Assembly: GCA_037440005.1 (NCBI GenBank)
Contig: JBBIUY010000010.1
Coordinates: forward strand, 20,475-84,474
DNA from: Armatimonadota bacterium
Lineage (GTDB): Bacteria > Sysuimicrobiota > Sysuimicrobiia > Sysuimicrobiales > Kaftiobacteriaceae
Length of the DNA: 64,000 nt
Direction of reading: 5' to 3'
A program made the position numbers and the translations under genes. Positions 51,105 to 63,455 of the stretch are shown in pieces (position 1 is the first letter of the stretch; each line of letters starts with the position of its first letter). The notes below the pieces were generated by a model that saw nothing but the letters and a program-made list of their open reading frames with translations, did not search any database and had not been told where the DNA came from.

Positions 51105-51443
51105 TTACCCCGTGCCGGCGTCGGACAGGTGGATCCGGTCGATCCGCAGCAGGGTGTACGCCTGCCGGTGACCCTGCCGGCGCCGGTAGTGGGCCTTGGG
51201 TTTGTACTTGAGGACCAGGACCTTCCGGCCCCGGCCGTGCGCCATCACCGTCGCGGTCACCGTGGCGCCGGCGACGACCGGCGTCCCCACCCGGGTCCCC
51301 GCGTCGCCGCCGACCATCAGCACCCGGTCGAAGGTGACGGTGGCGCCGGGAGCGAGGTCTAGGCGCTCCACCTGAACCGTCTCCCCCTCGGCCACCCGGT
51401 ACTGCTTGCCCCCGGTTTCGATGATGGCGTATGTCGCCGTCAT
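51105..51443 (-). CDS. rplU: 50S ribosomal protein L21
   Basis: [17 protein letters not shown]. Confidence 0.96.
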   Translation of the reverse strand: MTATYAIIETGGKQYRVAEGETVQVERLDLAPGATVTFDRVLMVGGDAGTRVGTPVVAGATVTATVMAHGRGRKVLVLKYKPKAHYRRRQGHRQAYTLLRIDRIHLSDAGTG

Positions 51444-51504
51444 GCGTCCTCCCGAAAGTCCAAAGTATTCTACCACGGCGCCGACACCCAGGCCAGAGGG
51501 ACCC

Positions 51505-53148
51505 TCAGCGCGCCAGGATCCGGCGCAGGCGCGCCAGCAGGCTGTCCCGCGCGCCAGAGGCGGCGGCCGTCGCCAGGTCCTGGTCCTCGTCCGCCTCGCC
51601 CACGGTCACCACCTCTCCGGGACCGAAGTCCAGCCACACGGCGGCCTCCCGGTCCTGCCGGGCGCGGCGCTCCACCTCCTCCACCGACCCTCCCTCCAGG
51701 ACCCGGACCCGCTCTACGTGCAGCCCCGGGCGGGCTCGCACCCGCAGCGTCCGGCCGAACCGCTGCTCCAGCGCCCGCAGCCAGGCATCCCCGTCCCGGA
51801 ACAGCAGCTTCTCCACGTCGGGGTGGACCTCCATCAGCACCGCCGGCGCCCGCCCGGCCGCCAGGACCCGGCGCGCCTCCCGCCGCACCTTGTGGGCCAT
51901 GGTCTCCGCCGCCAGGACCCGGCCGCGCCCCTCGCAGTAGGGACAGGGCATCCGCATGACCTCCTCCAGGTCCTGGTACACCCGCTTGCGGGTGATCTCC
52001 ACCAGGCCCAGGGCCGTCAGGTCGATGATGTGCATCTTGGAGCGGTCGCGCCGGACCGCCTCCTGCAGCGCCTGCATCACCTGGCGGCGGTGCTGCTCGT
52101 TCTCCATGTCGATGAAGTCCACCAGGATGATGCCGCCGATGTCCCGCAGGGTGATCTGGCGCACCACCTCGTCCACGGCCTCCAGGTTGGTCCGGAAGAT
52201 GGTGCTGGCCAGGTCGGTCTTGCCCACGTACTTGCCCGAGTTGACGTCGATGACGGTGAGGGCTTCGGTGCGGTCCACCACGATATAGCCGCCCGACCGC
52301 AGCCACACCTTGCGGCGCAGGGCCTTGTCCACCTCCCGCTCCACGCCCGTGGCCTCGAAGATGGGCTCCTCCCCCCGGTACAGCTGCAGGCGGGACACCA
52401 GCTTGGGGGCGAAGGAGCGCAGCAGGTCCGCCACCCGCTGGTACTCCTCGGGCGAGTCGATGAGGAACCGGTTCACCTCCTCGGTGAACAGGTCCCGCAC
52501 CACCCGGCGGATCAGGCGCAGGTCCTGGTAGACCAGGGCCGGAGCGCGGCTGGTGCGGGAGCGCTGCTCGACGGTGGACCACAGCTGCAGCAGGAACTGG
52601 ATGTCGTCGGCCAGTTCCTTCTCGGTGGCGCCCTCGGCCGCGGTGCGGACGATCACGCCCATGCCCGGCGGGCGCAGCCGGTCGGCCAGCTGGCGCAGCC
52701 GGCGGCGCTCCTGCTCGTCCTCGATCCGCCGGCTGACCCCCACGTAGTTCACGGTGGGCATCAGGACCAGGTAGTAGGCCGGCAGGGCCAGGTAGGTGGT
52801 CACCCGGGCCCCCTTGCTCCCCATGGGCTCCTTGGTCACCTGCACCAGGATCTCCTGACCCACCCGCAGCCGCTCGGCGATGGCCCCGCGCCCGAAGGAC
52901 TCCTCCACCTCCTCGCCGGCCAGGCGCTGGGACCGGATGTCCCCCACGTGCAGGAAGGCGTTGCGGTCCAGCCCGATGTCCACAAAGGCCGCCTCCATGC
53001 CCGGCAGGACCGCCGCCACCCGGCCCTTGTAGATGTTGCCGGCCAGGGGCTCTCCCCGCTCGATGTACAGGTTGACCAGCCGGCCGCCGTCCAGGACCGC
53101 CACCCGCGTCTCCTGCGGCTCCACGTTCGCAATGATCTCCTTGGCCAT
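51505..53148 (-). CDS. rng: Rne/Rng family ribonuclease
   Basis: GNIYKGRV, QVTKEP, IDVNSG, LRDIGGII.VDFIDM, CPYCEG. Confidence 0.93.
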   Translation of the reverse strand: MAKEIIANVEPQETRVAVLDGGRLVNLYIERGEPLAGNIYKGRVAAVLPGMEAAFVDIGLDRNAFLHVGDIRSQRLAGEEVEESFGRGAIAERLRVGQEILVQVTKEPMGSKGARVTTYLALPAYYLVLMPTVNYVGVSRRIEDEQERRRLRQLADRLRPPGMGVIVRTAAEGATEKELADDIQFLLQLWSTVEQRSRTSRAPALVYQDLRLIRRVVRDLFTEEVNRFLIDSPEEYQRVADLLRSFAPKLVSRLQLYRGEEPIFEATGVEREVDKALRRKVWLRSGGYIVVDRTEALTVIDVNSGKYVGKTDLASTIFRTNLEAVDEVVRQITLRDIGGIILVDFIDMENEQHRRQVMQALQEAVRRDRSKMHIIDLTALGLVEITRKRVYQDLEEVMRMPCPYCEGRGRVLAAETMAHKVRREARRVLAAGRAPAVLMEVHPDVEKLLFRDGDAWLRALEQRFGRTLRVRARPGLHVERVRVLEGGSVEEVERRARQDREAAVWLDFGPGEVVTVGEADEDQDLATAAASGARDSLLARLRRILAR

Positions 53149-53164
53149 AGCCGTCCCCATCCCG

Positions 53165-54259
53165 TCAGAAGAGGATTTTCTTGCGTCGCATGCCCACGTT
53201 CAGCACCAGGCCCGTGGCGGCCCCGAAGGCCACCAGGGCGCTGCCCCCGTGGCTGATGAACGGCAGCGGGATGCCCGTGACCGGCATCAGGCCCACCGTC
53301 ATGCCGACGTTCACGAACAGGTGAAACGCCGTCAGGGCCACCGCGCCCACCGCCATCAGGGTCCCCACCCGGTCCTTGGCGCAGGCGGCGATGACCAGGC
53401 CTCGCCACAGCCACAGGGAAAACAGGCCCAGCAGGACCACCGCGCCCGCAAACCCCAGTTCCTCGCCCACCACGGTGAAGATGAAGTCGGTGTGCTGCTC
53501 CGGGATGAAGTGCAGCAGGTTCTGGGTCCCCCGCAGCAGCCCCTTGCCCCAGATCTGGCCCGAGCCCACGGCGATGCGGGACTGGATCAGGGCGTAGCCG
53601 GCGCCCAGCGGGTCGGCCCCGGGATCGAGAAACGCCAGCAGGCGCTGGCGCTGGTAGTCGTGCAGCATCCGCCAGACCAGCGGCGCCGCCGCCGCCGCTC
53701 CGGCCCCCAGGCCGGCCAGCAGCCGCAGGGGCGTCCCGGCGGCCACCAGCATCGCCGCCAGGACGGCGCCGACGGCCAGGGCGGTGCCCAGATCGGGCTG
53801 GCGGACGATCAGGACCATGGGCACCGCGGCGTGGACCAGGACCGGCAGCACCGCGCGCCAGGATCCCAGGTCCCGGTGCCCGTCCATGTGGCGGGCGAGG
53901 GTGATGATCAACGTCACCTTGGCCAGCTCGGAGGGCTGAAACCCGGTCCACGGTCCTATGGCCAGCCAGCGCTGGGCGCCGCCGCCGGACCGGCCCGCCA
54001 CCAGGACCAGGACCAGCAGCAGGACCGAGCCGGCCCACAGAGGCCGCCACAGGCGCGCCCACGTCTGGTAGTCCACCGCGAGGACCGCCCCCAGGACCAG
54101 CAGGCTGACGGCGATGTGCGCCAGCCGCGTCCGGACCACCGCCCAGGGGTCGGCGGAATTCTGCACCGCGCTGTACAGGATCACCGTCCCTCCGGCCAGG
54201 AGGGCCACGGTGGCGGCCAGCAGGGGCCAGTCCAGGTACCGCAGCAGACGCCGGCTCAC
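53165..54259 (-). CDS. rodA: Rod shape-determining protein RodA
   Basis: QPSELAK, QPDLGT, PEQHTDFIF, GIPLPFISHGGS. Confidence 0.94.
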   Translation of the reverse strand: MSRRLLRYLDWPLLAATVALLAGGTVILYSAVQNSADPWAVVRTRLAHIAVSLLVLGAVLAVDYQTWARLWRPLWAGSVLLLVLVLVAGRSGGGAQRWLAIGPWTGFQPSELAKVTLIITLARHMDGHRDLGSWRAVLPVLVHAAVPMVLIVRQPDLGTALAVGAVLAAMLVAAGTPLRLLAGLGAGAAAAAPLVWRMLHDYQRQRLLAFLDPGADPLGAGYALIQSRIAVGSGQIWGKGLLRGTQNLLHFIPEQHTDFIFTVVGEELGFAGAVVLLGLFSLWLWRGLVIAACAKDRVGTLMAVGAVALTAFHLFVNVGMTVGLMPVTGIPLPFISHGGSALVAFGAATGLVLNVGMRRKKILF

Positions 54260-56016
54260 GGCGATCCCTCCTGCCGGGCCAGGGCCGCCTCCAGGACGGC
54301 GCGGGCCACCGGCGCCGCCGCGATCCCTCCCCGGAAGCCGTGCTCGACGAAGGCGACCACCACCACCTGCGGGTCGTCGGCGGGGGCGTAGCCGGCAAAC
54401 CAGGCGTGGGGGCGCCCCCGGGGGTTCTCGGCGCTGCCGGTCTTGCCGGCCACCGCCACTCCCGGGAGGCGGGCGGCCACCCCGCTGCCGCGGTCCACCA
54501 CCGCCCGCATGCCCTCCCGCAGCACGGCCAGCGTTCCCGGCCGCAGGGACACCTGGCGCTGCAGCACCGGCGCCACCCGGTCGGGGCTGTGCTGCGGGTG
54601 GGGGACGGCCAGCAGCACGTGGGGCTGCATCAGCCGGCCTCCGGTGGCGAGAGCGGCCACCATCCGGGCCACCTGCACCGGGGTGACCGTCACCGCGCCC
54701 TGACCGATGGACATGTTGACGGCGTCCCCCGGGTACCAGGGCTCGCCCACCAGGTCCTGCTTGGTCGCCGGGCTGGGGACGGTGCCCGCCACCTCGCCGG
54801 GCAGGTCGATGCCCGTCGGCTCGCCCAGTCCCAGCAAAAACGCGTACTGCGCCAGCACCTCCCCGCCCAGGCGGTAGCCCAGGGTGTAGAAGACCACGTT
54901 GACCGAGTGGGCGATCCCGGTGATGAAGTCGATGCGGCCCCAGGCCCGCAGGTCCCCGAAGGTCCACTGGCCCAGGCGGAAGTATCCGGGGGCGTCGAAG
55001 ACGGTCCGCCGGCTCACGATCCCCCGCTCCAGGGCGGCCACGGCGGTCACCAGCTTGAACACCGAGCCCGGTTCGTAGGTGGCGCTGATGGCCCGGTTCA
55101 GCAGTGGCCGCCGCCTGTCGGACGCCAGCGCCTGCCAGCGGTCCGGACTGATCCCCCGGGCGAACAGGTTGGGGTCGAACGACGGCATGCTGGCCAGGGC
55201 CAGCACCTCCCCGGTGGCCGGGTCGAGGACCACCACCGCTCCCGCGTCCAGCCCCGTGGCCTGCAGGGCGTCCTCGGCGGCGGCCTGCACGTCCAGGTCG
55301 ATGGTCAGGACGATGGCGCGGCCCGGGACCGGGGGCTGGCGGGACAGCACCCGCAGGGGCCGGCCCAAGGCGTCCACCTCCATCCGCAGCCGCCCGTCCA
55401 CTCCCCGCAGCAGCGTCTCGTACGCCTTCTCCACCCCCGCCTTGCCGATCAGGTCGCCGGGCCGGTAGCCCTCGGTCCGGCGGGCGGCCAGCTCGTCGCT
55501 GTCGATCTCCCCCACGTAGCCCAGCAGGTGGGCCGCCCGGGAGCCGTGGAGGTAGTGGCGCACCGGGTCGGCCAGGATGATCACCCCGGGCAGGTCGAGG
55601 CGGTTCTCCTCGATGCGGGCCACCACGGCGGGGTCCACGTCCCGGGCGATCCGCACCGGCTCGAAGGGACGGGCGCGGGCGGCCCGCAGGCGCGCCTCGA
55701 TCTGCGGGGCGGGCGTCCCCAGCAGGGCGGCCAGCCGGGCGACCACCACCGGCGGGTCCCGCAGTTCCAGGGGCAGCACAGCGACGGTGAACGCCGGCCG
55801 GTTGGCCACCAGGGCGCGCCCCCGCCGGTCGTAGATGATCCCCCGGGGCGCGGCCAGCGTGTACTCCCGGATGCGGTTCTCCTCCGACTGGCGGAAGTAG
55901 GCCGCGCCCTGCAGGACCTGAACCTGCCACAGGCGCACCAGCAGGACGCCCACTAAGGAGGCGACCACCACCGACAGAGCCTGCAGCCGCCGGGACGGCG
56001 GCGGACGGTCGATCAC
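54256..56016 (-). CDS. mrdA: Penicillin-binding protein 2
   Basis: APRGIIYDR, PGSVFK, SVN, KTG. Confidence 0.94.
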   Translation of the reverse strand: MIDRPPPSRRLQALSVVVASLVGVLLVRLWQVQVLQGAAYFRQSEENRIREYTLAAPRGIIYDRRGRALVANRPAFTVAVLPLELRDPPVVVARLAALLGTPAPQIEARLRAARARPFEPVRIARDVDPAVVARIEENRLDLPGVIILADPVRHYLHGSRAAHLLGYVGEIDSDELAARRTEGYRPGDLIGKAGVEKAYETLLRGVDGRLRMEVDALGRPLRVLSRQPPVPGRAIVLTIDLDVQAAAEDALQATGLDAGAVVVLDPATGEVLALASMPSFDPNLFARGISPDRWQALASDRRRPLLNRAISATYEPGSVFKLVTAVAALERGIVSRRTVFDAPGYFRLGQWTFGDLRAWGRIDFITGIAHSVNVVFYTLGYRLGGEVLAQYAFLLGLGEPTGIDLPGEVAGTVPSPATKQDLVGEPWYPGDAVNMSIGQGAVTVTPVQVARMVAALATGGRLMQPHVLLAVPHPQHSPDRVAPVLQRQVSLRPGTLAVLREGMRAVVDRGSGVAARLPGVAVAGKTGSAENPRGRPHAWFAGYAPADDPQVVVVAFVEHGFRGGIAAAPVARAVLEAALARQEGSP

Positions 56017-56043
56017 GCCGGTCTTCTCCCCGGAAGGGGCGGG

Positions 56044-56541
56044 TCAGCCCGCCCGGCGGACCCGCCCCTCCAGAATCCGGATGCCGCGGAAGACGGCGGG
56101 GGCGAGTGCGGAGTTGAGGACCACCTGGGCCGCGATGCGGGCCAGTTCGGTCGGCCAGGGTCCCAAGGCCAGCCCGATGACCGCGGCCACGGCCAGCAGG
56201 ACGACCTCGGAGACCACGGTCCCGGCGGCGGTGGCCACGGCGGGCAGCAGGGGGTTGTCCAGATAGATGCTGCGCTCAAACAGCCCGGACCCGAAGCCCA
56301 CCACCAGCTTGGAGAGCCCGTACACTCCCAGGGGGCCTCCGCCGGACAGCAGGTCCTGGAGCAGGCCGGCGGCCGCGCCCACCACGGCCCCCCGCTCCGC
56401 CCCCTGCAGCACCCCGACGCCCACGGCCAGGGCCAGCAGCGGGTCCGGCGCCGCCCCGGCCACCCGCAGCCTCACCAGCCACGCGGCGTGCACCACCCCC
56501 GCCAGCGCCACCGCGCCGGCGTAGGCCAAGGCCCGCCTCAC
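56044..56541 (-). CDS. mreD: Rod shape-determining protein MreD
   Basis: Hydrophobic, PD, GLLQDLLSG; operon position. Confidence 0.88.
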   Translation of the reverse strand: MRRALAYAGAVALAGVVHAAWLVRLRVAGAAPDPLLALAVGVGVLQGAERGAVVGAAAGLLQDLLSGGGPLGVYGLSKLVVGFGSGLFERSIYLDNPLLPAVATAAGTVVSEVVLLAVAAVIGLALGPWPTELARIAAQVVLNSALAPAVFRGIRILEGRVRRAG

Positions 56542-56611
56542 CGCGGGCGCTCACGTCCCGCACGGGACCGCCGCCCCCTCACTCTTCTCCCTCCCGCGCC
56601 GCCTGAGGGCA

Positions 56612-57433
56612 TCAGCGCGGCACCAGGATCAGCACCTCCTCCAGCCGGTCCAGCGCAGCCGCCGGTTCCACCTCCGCCTCCAGCAGCAGCTCGCCTTCTT
56701 CCCGCACCACCCGGGTGATCCGCCCCAGGACCAGCCCCCGGGGGAACACGCCTCCCAGCCCCGAGGTGACCACCAGGTCTCCCGGCGCGACCTGCGAGGT
56801 CCGGGAGAGGTAGCGCAGGTGGAGCACCCACCCGCCCCGCCCCTCCACCACGCCCACGTCGCGGGTCCGCTGCACCAGGGCGCCCACGGCGCTGCGCGAG
56901 TCGGACACCAGAAGCACCCGGGCGGCGGTGGGCGTCACCTCCATCACCCGGCCCACCACCCCCTGGGCGGTCACCACCGGCGCGTTGCGCCGCACGCCGT
57001 CCCGGCTGCCCCGGTCCACCAGCACGGTGCCGTACCAGCTCGCCGCGTCCCGGCCCACCACCCGGGCTGCCACGGCCTGATGCGTCATCTGGGCCCGGAA
57101 GCCCAGCAGGTCTTCCAGGCGGCGGGCCGCCGCCGCCTGCTCCCGCAGCGCGGCCGCCTCCCGGGTGACCCGGTCCAGCTCCCGGCGCAGCCGGGCGTTC
57201 TCCGCCCGCAGCCGGCCGATCTCGGTGTACGCCGCCCACAGCCTCCCGGCCCCGTCGGCCACCCGGGCCAGGCCCACCTGCACCGGCTGCAGCGCCGCCA
57301 GGACCACCTCCCCCACCGCTCCCATCTGGCGCCGGTCGGGGGCGCGCACCTGCGTGGTGAGCAGCGCCACCACGCCCACGAACAGCGCTGCGAACACCGC
57401 GACGCGTCGCCGGACCGCGCGCAGTTCGGTCAT
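56612..57433 (-). CDS. mreC: Rod shape-determining protein MreC
   Basis: TM, coiled coil, DRGSRDGV, VVTSGLGGVFP. Confidence 0.93.
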   Translation of the reverse strand: MTELRAVRRRVAVFAALFVGVVALLTTQVRAPDRRQMGAVGEVVLAALQPVQVGLARVADGAGRLWAAYTEIGRLRAENARLRRELDRVTREAAALREQAAAARRLEDLLGFRAQMTHQAVAARVVGRDAASWYGTVLVDRGSRDGVRRNAPVVTAQGVVGRVMEVTPTAARVLLVSDSRSAVGALVQRTRDVGVVEGRGGWVLHLRYLSRTSQVAPGDLVVTSGLGGVFPRGLVLGRITRVVREEGELLLEAEVEPAAALDRLEEVLILVPR

Positions 57434-57440
57434 GCCGCCC

Positions 57441-59229
<1,789 letters not shown>

Positions 59230-59387
59230 GCCGTGCTCCGCGCCGCCCCCCACGGGGACGGTGGCCGGCGGCCCGGCCGTCGGGCGGTCGCGCCGCCGGG
59301 GGGAAGACGGCGGGGGAGGAGGCCTGGACCCGCTGCACCGCCCGCTGCCGGACCGCTCTGCGTCCGCGCTCCCCGCGCAGCGTCCCA

Positions 59388-59416
59388 AGTATAGCAACCG
59401 ACCTGCGGCGATTCAA
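59388..59416 (-). promoter_or_regulatory. Sigma70 promoter TTGAAT-N17-TATACT with extended -10 for the radC-mre operon
   Basis: Near-consensus boxes in an intergenic region. Confidence 0.6.
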
Positions 59417-59468
59417 CGCGGCCCCCTGACCCGGTCGGGCCAGCGGCACCCGGCCCGCCCGGGCGGGG

Positions 59469-59741
59469 CTACTGGAGCAGGCGGAAGATCCACACCGCCA
59501 GCAGGATGCCGACCACCGTGGCCAGGTTCAGCCGGACGGTGAACCCGCCGGTGAGGGTCAGGATGCGCAGGTCCAGGGTGAGGGGCGGGTCCAGCCCCGC
59601 CCGGATGTCGCGGCCGAGCAGTCCCAGGGCGGGGTAGGCGGAGGTGGCCTCGGCGATCACGCTGCCCAGCAGCGCGCCGGCCACCACCACGACCACCAGC
59701 ATCCACCAGGGGGTGCGCGTGCGGCGAGCCACCGGGGCCAC
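59469..59741 (-). CDS. DUF4321-like small membrane protein
   Basis: Two hydrophobic segments with PLTLDLRILTLT..F..RLN; commonly found near radC. Confidence 0.7.
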   Translation of the reverse strand: MAPVARRTRTPWWMLVVVVVAGALLGSVIAEATSAYPALGLLGRDIRAGLDPPLTLDLRILTLTGGFTVRLNLATVVGILLAVWIFRLLQ

Positions 59742-59762
59742 CCGGGTGTCAGGCCCGCAGGG

Positions 59763-60494
59763 CTACGGGCCGGGGCTGAGGGACTCCCGAGGCACCGGGC
59801 GCGGGGCGAAGATCCGGGCCACCCAGATGCTGGCCTCGTAGAGGAGGTAGGTGGGCAGGGCCATCAGCATCTGGGAGACCACGTCTCCCCCCGGGGTCAG
59901 CGCCGCCGACGCCGCCACGATCGCCAGCAGGGCGTAGCGGCGGCCGGCCGCCAGGGCGCCCGGGGTGACCACGCCCAGCCGGGCCAAGAACAGAATCACC
60001 ACCGGCAGCTCGAACAGCACCCCGAAGGCCAGGACGAAGGCGGTGGCAAACGAGGTGTAGGCGGCCACCGAGATCATCGGCACCAGGGAGGGGGTCTGGT
60101 AGCTGAGCAGAAACCGCACGCCCACCGGCAGGATCACCCAGAAGGCGAAGTTGGCCCCGGCCACGAACAGCCCCAGGGCCGCCGGCAGCAGTCCCAGGGC
60201 GTACCGCCGCTCGGCGGACGTCAGGCCCACCGACACAAAGCGCCACAGCTGGTACAGCACCACGGGCAGGCTGAGGAACGCCCCGGACAGGGCGGCCACC
60301 TTCAGGCGGACGAAGAACGCCTCGGTGGGCGCCAGAAACACCACGCGGCCCACCGGCCGCAGCAGGATCGCCAGGATGCGCTCGACAAACAGCAGGCTGA
60401 GTCCCGTCCCGGCGGCGAACGCCGCCAGGGAGATGAGGAGCCGCATGCGCAGCTCCTCCAGGTGCTCGACGATGGTCATCGGGCGGTCTTCCAC
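59763..60494 (-). CDS. tatC: Twin-arginine translocase TatC
   Basis: HLEELRMRL, YQLWRFV, FELPV, LTPGGD. Confidence 0.95.
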   Translation of the reverse strand: MEDRPMTIVEHLEELRMRLLISLAAFAAGTGLSLLFVERILAILLRPVGRVVFLAPTEAFFVRLKVAALSGAFLSLPVVLYQLWRFVSVGLTSAERRYALGLLPAALGLFVAGANFAFWVILPVGVRFLLSYQTPSLVPMISVAAYTSFATAFVLAFGVLFELPVVILFLARLGVVTPGALAAGRRYALLAIVAASAALTPGGDVVSQMLMALPTYLLYEASIWVARIFAPRPVPRESLSPGP

Positions 60495-60515
60495 GCCGAC
60501 CCCGACCCGCGCCGC

Positions 60516-60701
60516 TCAGGTGTTCTTTTTGTCCGATGCGGTCGCCCGGTCGATCTCGTTCTCGGCGTCCCGGACCGCGCTGCGGAACTCCCGGATGGCC
60601 TTGCCCAGCGCGCCGCCAATGCCGGCCAGCCGCGAGGGACCGAAGACCAGCAGAGCGATCACCAGGATGACAACGAGCTCCGTCCAGCCGATGTTGGGCA
60701 T
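60516..60701 (-). CDS. tatA: Twin-arginine translocase TatA
   Basis: IGWTEL...LVFGP..L...LGKAIREFR. Confidence 0.93.
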   Translation of the reverse strand: MPNIGWTELVVILVIALLVFGPSRLAGIGGALGKAIREFRSAVRDAENEIDRATASDKKNT

Positions 60702-60719
60702 GCGCCACCTCCGCCCCGA

Positions 60720-60926
60720 TTATACACCCCGCTCCCGGGCGGATCCGGCGCGCTCCCGCCGGCCCGCCCACGCCCCGGCCAGCAGGCCCGCCAGGACGGC
60801 CACCGCCACCGGCAGCCACCGCCCGGCCGCGCCCTCTCCCGCCCACCGCCGCCGAAGCGCCCGCAGGTCGGCGGCGATCTGCTCCCGGGCGCGGGCGATC
60901 GGGTCGTCGGGGGGCTGGCGGGTCAC
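60720..60926 (-). CDS. Small hypothetical membrane protein (possibly DUF3618-like)
   Basis: IARAREQIAADLRAL plus one TM; start overlaps the upstream stop. Confidence 0.55.
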   Translation of the reverse strand: MTRQPPDDPIARAREQIAADLRALRRRWAGEGAAGRWLPVAVAVLAGLLAGAWAGRRERAGSARERGV

Positions 60927-61318
60927 GGGCGGCGCTCCAGCATCTGGCGGATCGCCCGCCAGTCCTCCCGCAGGTCCTGCAGCAGCGTGAGCCGCCGGCG
61001 CCGCAGCCGCACCCGCGCCGCGGCGACCAGGACGACGGCCACGGCGGCCATCGCCGCCAGGACCACGGCGGTGGCCAGCCACGCCGGCAGGACCTCCGCC
61101 AGGACCAGGATCAGGACGGCGGCGGCCACCGGCACCATCAGCAGCAGCAGGATCGCGGCGGCGACCAGCAGGATCACCGCGGTGACCAGGTCGCGCGCCA
61201 GGGCCCGGGCGTCGGCCCGGGCCAGCCGCAGCCGGGCCTCCAGCAGGGCCCCCACCTGCTGCAGCAGGCGGGTCAGGACGGTGCCCACGGCCTCGGAGTG
61301 CTCCGGTGGCTGCTCCAT
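60923..61318 (-). CDS. Holin-like (DUF1469/YhjD-type) membrane protein
   Basis: Amphipathic N-terminus, two TMs, TLLQDLRED tail. Confidence 0.7.
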   Translation of the reverse strand: MEQPPEHSEAVGTVLTRLLQQVGALLEARLRLARADARALARDLVTAVILLVAAAILLLLMVPVAAAVLILVLAEVLPAWLATAVVLAAMAAVAVVLVAAARVRLRRRRLTLLQDLREDWRAIRQMLERRP

Positions 61319-61331
61319 GGCGAACGCGCTC

Positions 61332-62348
61332 TTAGTTCGCCCCGCCGGGCAGCCCCCCTGCATCGCCCGCCAGGGCGAACCGGATGGCCTCCCGGAACGG
61401 ACGCGGGGTGATGCCGAAGACGCGGCGCACCGGCTCCGGGTCGCCCACGTTGTCGAGGATCAGCGCCTCAAACTCGTCGACGGTGATGGGCGGAGACGGC
61501 AGGCGGGCCATCTCCCGGACCAGCGCCCGGGCGGCCCGCAACGGGATGTGCACCTTCCACCGGCGCACGCCCAGGACCCCCATCACCTCGTCCAGCAGGG
61601 CGTCGTAGGTCAGCACCTCCGGTCCCACCACGTCGAAGGTCTGGCCGAGCACGTCGGGACGCTCCACAGCCCAGCGGACCAGCTCCACCACATCCCGCAC
61701 GTCCACGGGCATCGACCGGTAGCGACCGGACCCCAGCACCGGCACCACCGGGGTCACCGCCGCCAGGGAGGCCAGCGGGCGGAATGGCGCCCCCAGCAGC
61801 CACAGGGGATACCAGGCCCCCAGGCGCACCACCGCCGCGAACTGCCGGGCGGCTCCCCCGCCGGGACCGATGATGAACGAGGGGCGGAAGATGACCCACG
61901 GCACCCCGCTGCGGCGCAGTTCCTCCTCCCCCGCCCACTTGGACTGCAGGTATCGGGGCGCCCGGGGCCCGGCGCCCAGGGCGCTGAGGTGCACGACCCG
62001 CCCCACCCCCGCGGCCCGCGCCGCCGCCGCCACCTCCCGCACCCCGCGCCGGTTGATCAGGTCGAAGGTGGCCCCCACCCGCTCCCGGATGATGGCCACC
62101 AGGTGGACGACGGCGCGGCAGCCGGCCACCGCCCGCTCCAGCGCCGCCAGGTCGCCCACGTCGGCTTCGACCACCTCGCACTCCCACCGGCGCAGCTGGG
62201 CGACCCGGTCGCTCTTGGAGGTGGCGGGACGCACCACCGCCCGCACCGGCATCCCGGCGTCCCGCAGGCCGCGGACCACGTGGGCGCCGACGAATCCGGT
62301 GGCGCCGGTCACCGCCACCGCACCGGAGGTGTGTGCCTGTGCCGGCAT
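61332..62348 (-). CDS. NAD(P)-dependent epimerase/SDR, NDUFA9-like
   Basis: TGATGFVG, HLSALGA, YLQSK, FRPS. Confidence 0.88.
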   Translation of the reverse strand: MPAQAHTSGAVAVTGATGFVGAHVVRGLRDAGMPVRAVVRPATSKSDRVAQLRRWECEVVEADVGDLAALERAVAGCRAVVHLVAIIRERVGATFDLINRRGVREVAAAARAAGVGRVVHLSALGAGPRAPRYLQSKWAGEEELRRSGVPWVIFRPSFIIGPGGGAARQFAAVVRLGAWYPLWLLGAPFRPLASLAAVTPVVPVLGSGRYRSMPVDVRDVVELVRWAVERPDVLGQTFDVVGPEVLTYDALLDEVMGVLGVRRWKVHIPLRAARALVREMARLPSPPITVDEFEALILDNVGDPEPVRRVFGITPRPFREAIRFALAGDAGGLPGGAN

Positions 62349-62455
62349 CCTCCGCCCTCCCCCGCGTCAGACGCCGGCGGGCGCGCGGAACGGCCCGGAG
62401 CGCGTCCCGCACGGCGCGGGGATCCCGCCGGCCGCCCCGTGTCCGGGGACGGGCT

Positions 62456-63424
62456 CTAGCGCGACCGCACCACCACGAATTCGGTGAGGGCCAGCAGGCT
62501 GTCCTTGGCCGGGCCGGGCGGCAGGGGCGCCAGGGCGTCGGCGGCCCGGCGGGAGTAGCGGCCGGCCACGTCCAGGGCGTACTCGATGCCCCCGTAACGT
62601 TCCAGCAGCCGCCGCACGTCCTCCCGCGCCCCGTCGCCCAGAGGTCCGTGCATCAGGCGCAGCAGGTGGTCCCGGTCCTGGGGCGTGGCCTGCCGGAGGG
62701 TGCGGATGACGGGCAGGGTCACCTTGCCGGTCTGGATGTCGCTGTAGACCGGCTTGCCCAGCGCGCCCTCCCGGCCCACCAAATCCAGGGCGTCGTCGGT
62801 GATCTGAAACGCCATCCCCCAGTGCAGGCCGAACGTCCCCAGGCGCTCCGCGGCCAGCGGGTTGCCGGCCAGCAACCCTCCCGCCCGGCAGGCCGCCGCG
62901 AACAGGTGGGCGGTCTTGCCGGCGATGATCTGGAAGTACACCGCTTCGTCGTCGTGGGGCTGCTGGCCGTACTTGACCTGGAGGATCTCGGCCTGGCTCA
63001 TGCGCACCGTGGCCACGGCCAGGGTGGGCGCCACCTCGGGGTGGCGGATGCGGCTGAGGAGGTCGAACGCCTTGCTGAACAGGTAGTCGCCCAGCAGGAC
63101 GGCGATCTGGTTGCCCCACTGGACGTTGACGGTGGCCACCCCCCGGCGCACGGCCGACTCGTCGATGACGTCGTCGTGGATCAGCGACGCCACGTGGATG
63201 AGCTCCACCGCCGCCGCCAGCCACAGCCGCGCCTCCCCGGCCCCGCCGCTGGCCTGGGCGGCCAGGCACACCAGGGCGGGGCGGATCATCTTGCCCCGGG
63301 TGCCGAGCACGTGGCGCACCAGGTCCCCGATGAAGGGGTCGTCGGCCTGCAGCTCCTGCTCCAGCAGCCGGTGCAGGCTGTCCAGGTCGTCCCGAACCGG
63401 GGCGTAGATGGCCGCCAGGTCCAT
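62456..63424 (-). CDS. Polyprenyl diphosphate synthase
   Basis: GKMIRP, LIHDDVID...RRG, FQITDD. Confidence 0.93.
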   Translation of the reverse strand: MDLAAIYAPVRDDLDSLHRLLEQELQADDPFIGDLVRHVLGTRGKMIRPALVCLAAQASGGAGEARLWLAAAVELIHVASLIHDDVIDESAVRRGVATVNVQWGNQIAVLLGDYLFSKAFDLLSRIRHPEVAPTLAVATVRMSQAEILQVKYGQQPHDDEAVYFQIIAGKTAHLFAAACRAGGLLAGNPLAAERLGTFGLHWGMAFQITDDALDLVGREGALGKPVYSDIQTGKVTLPVIRTLRQATPQDRDHLLRLMHGPLGDGAREDVRRLLERYGGIEYALDVAGRYSRRAADALAPLPPGPAKDSLLALTEFVVVRSR

Positions 63425-63455
63425 CGCGCCTGTGGGGGCAGAGGCCGAACGTCGC

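Noticed and set aside
60720..61318. Prophage lysis module
   Set aside because: This holin-like family is commonly chromosomal, and no phage genes are nearby.
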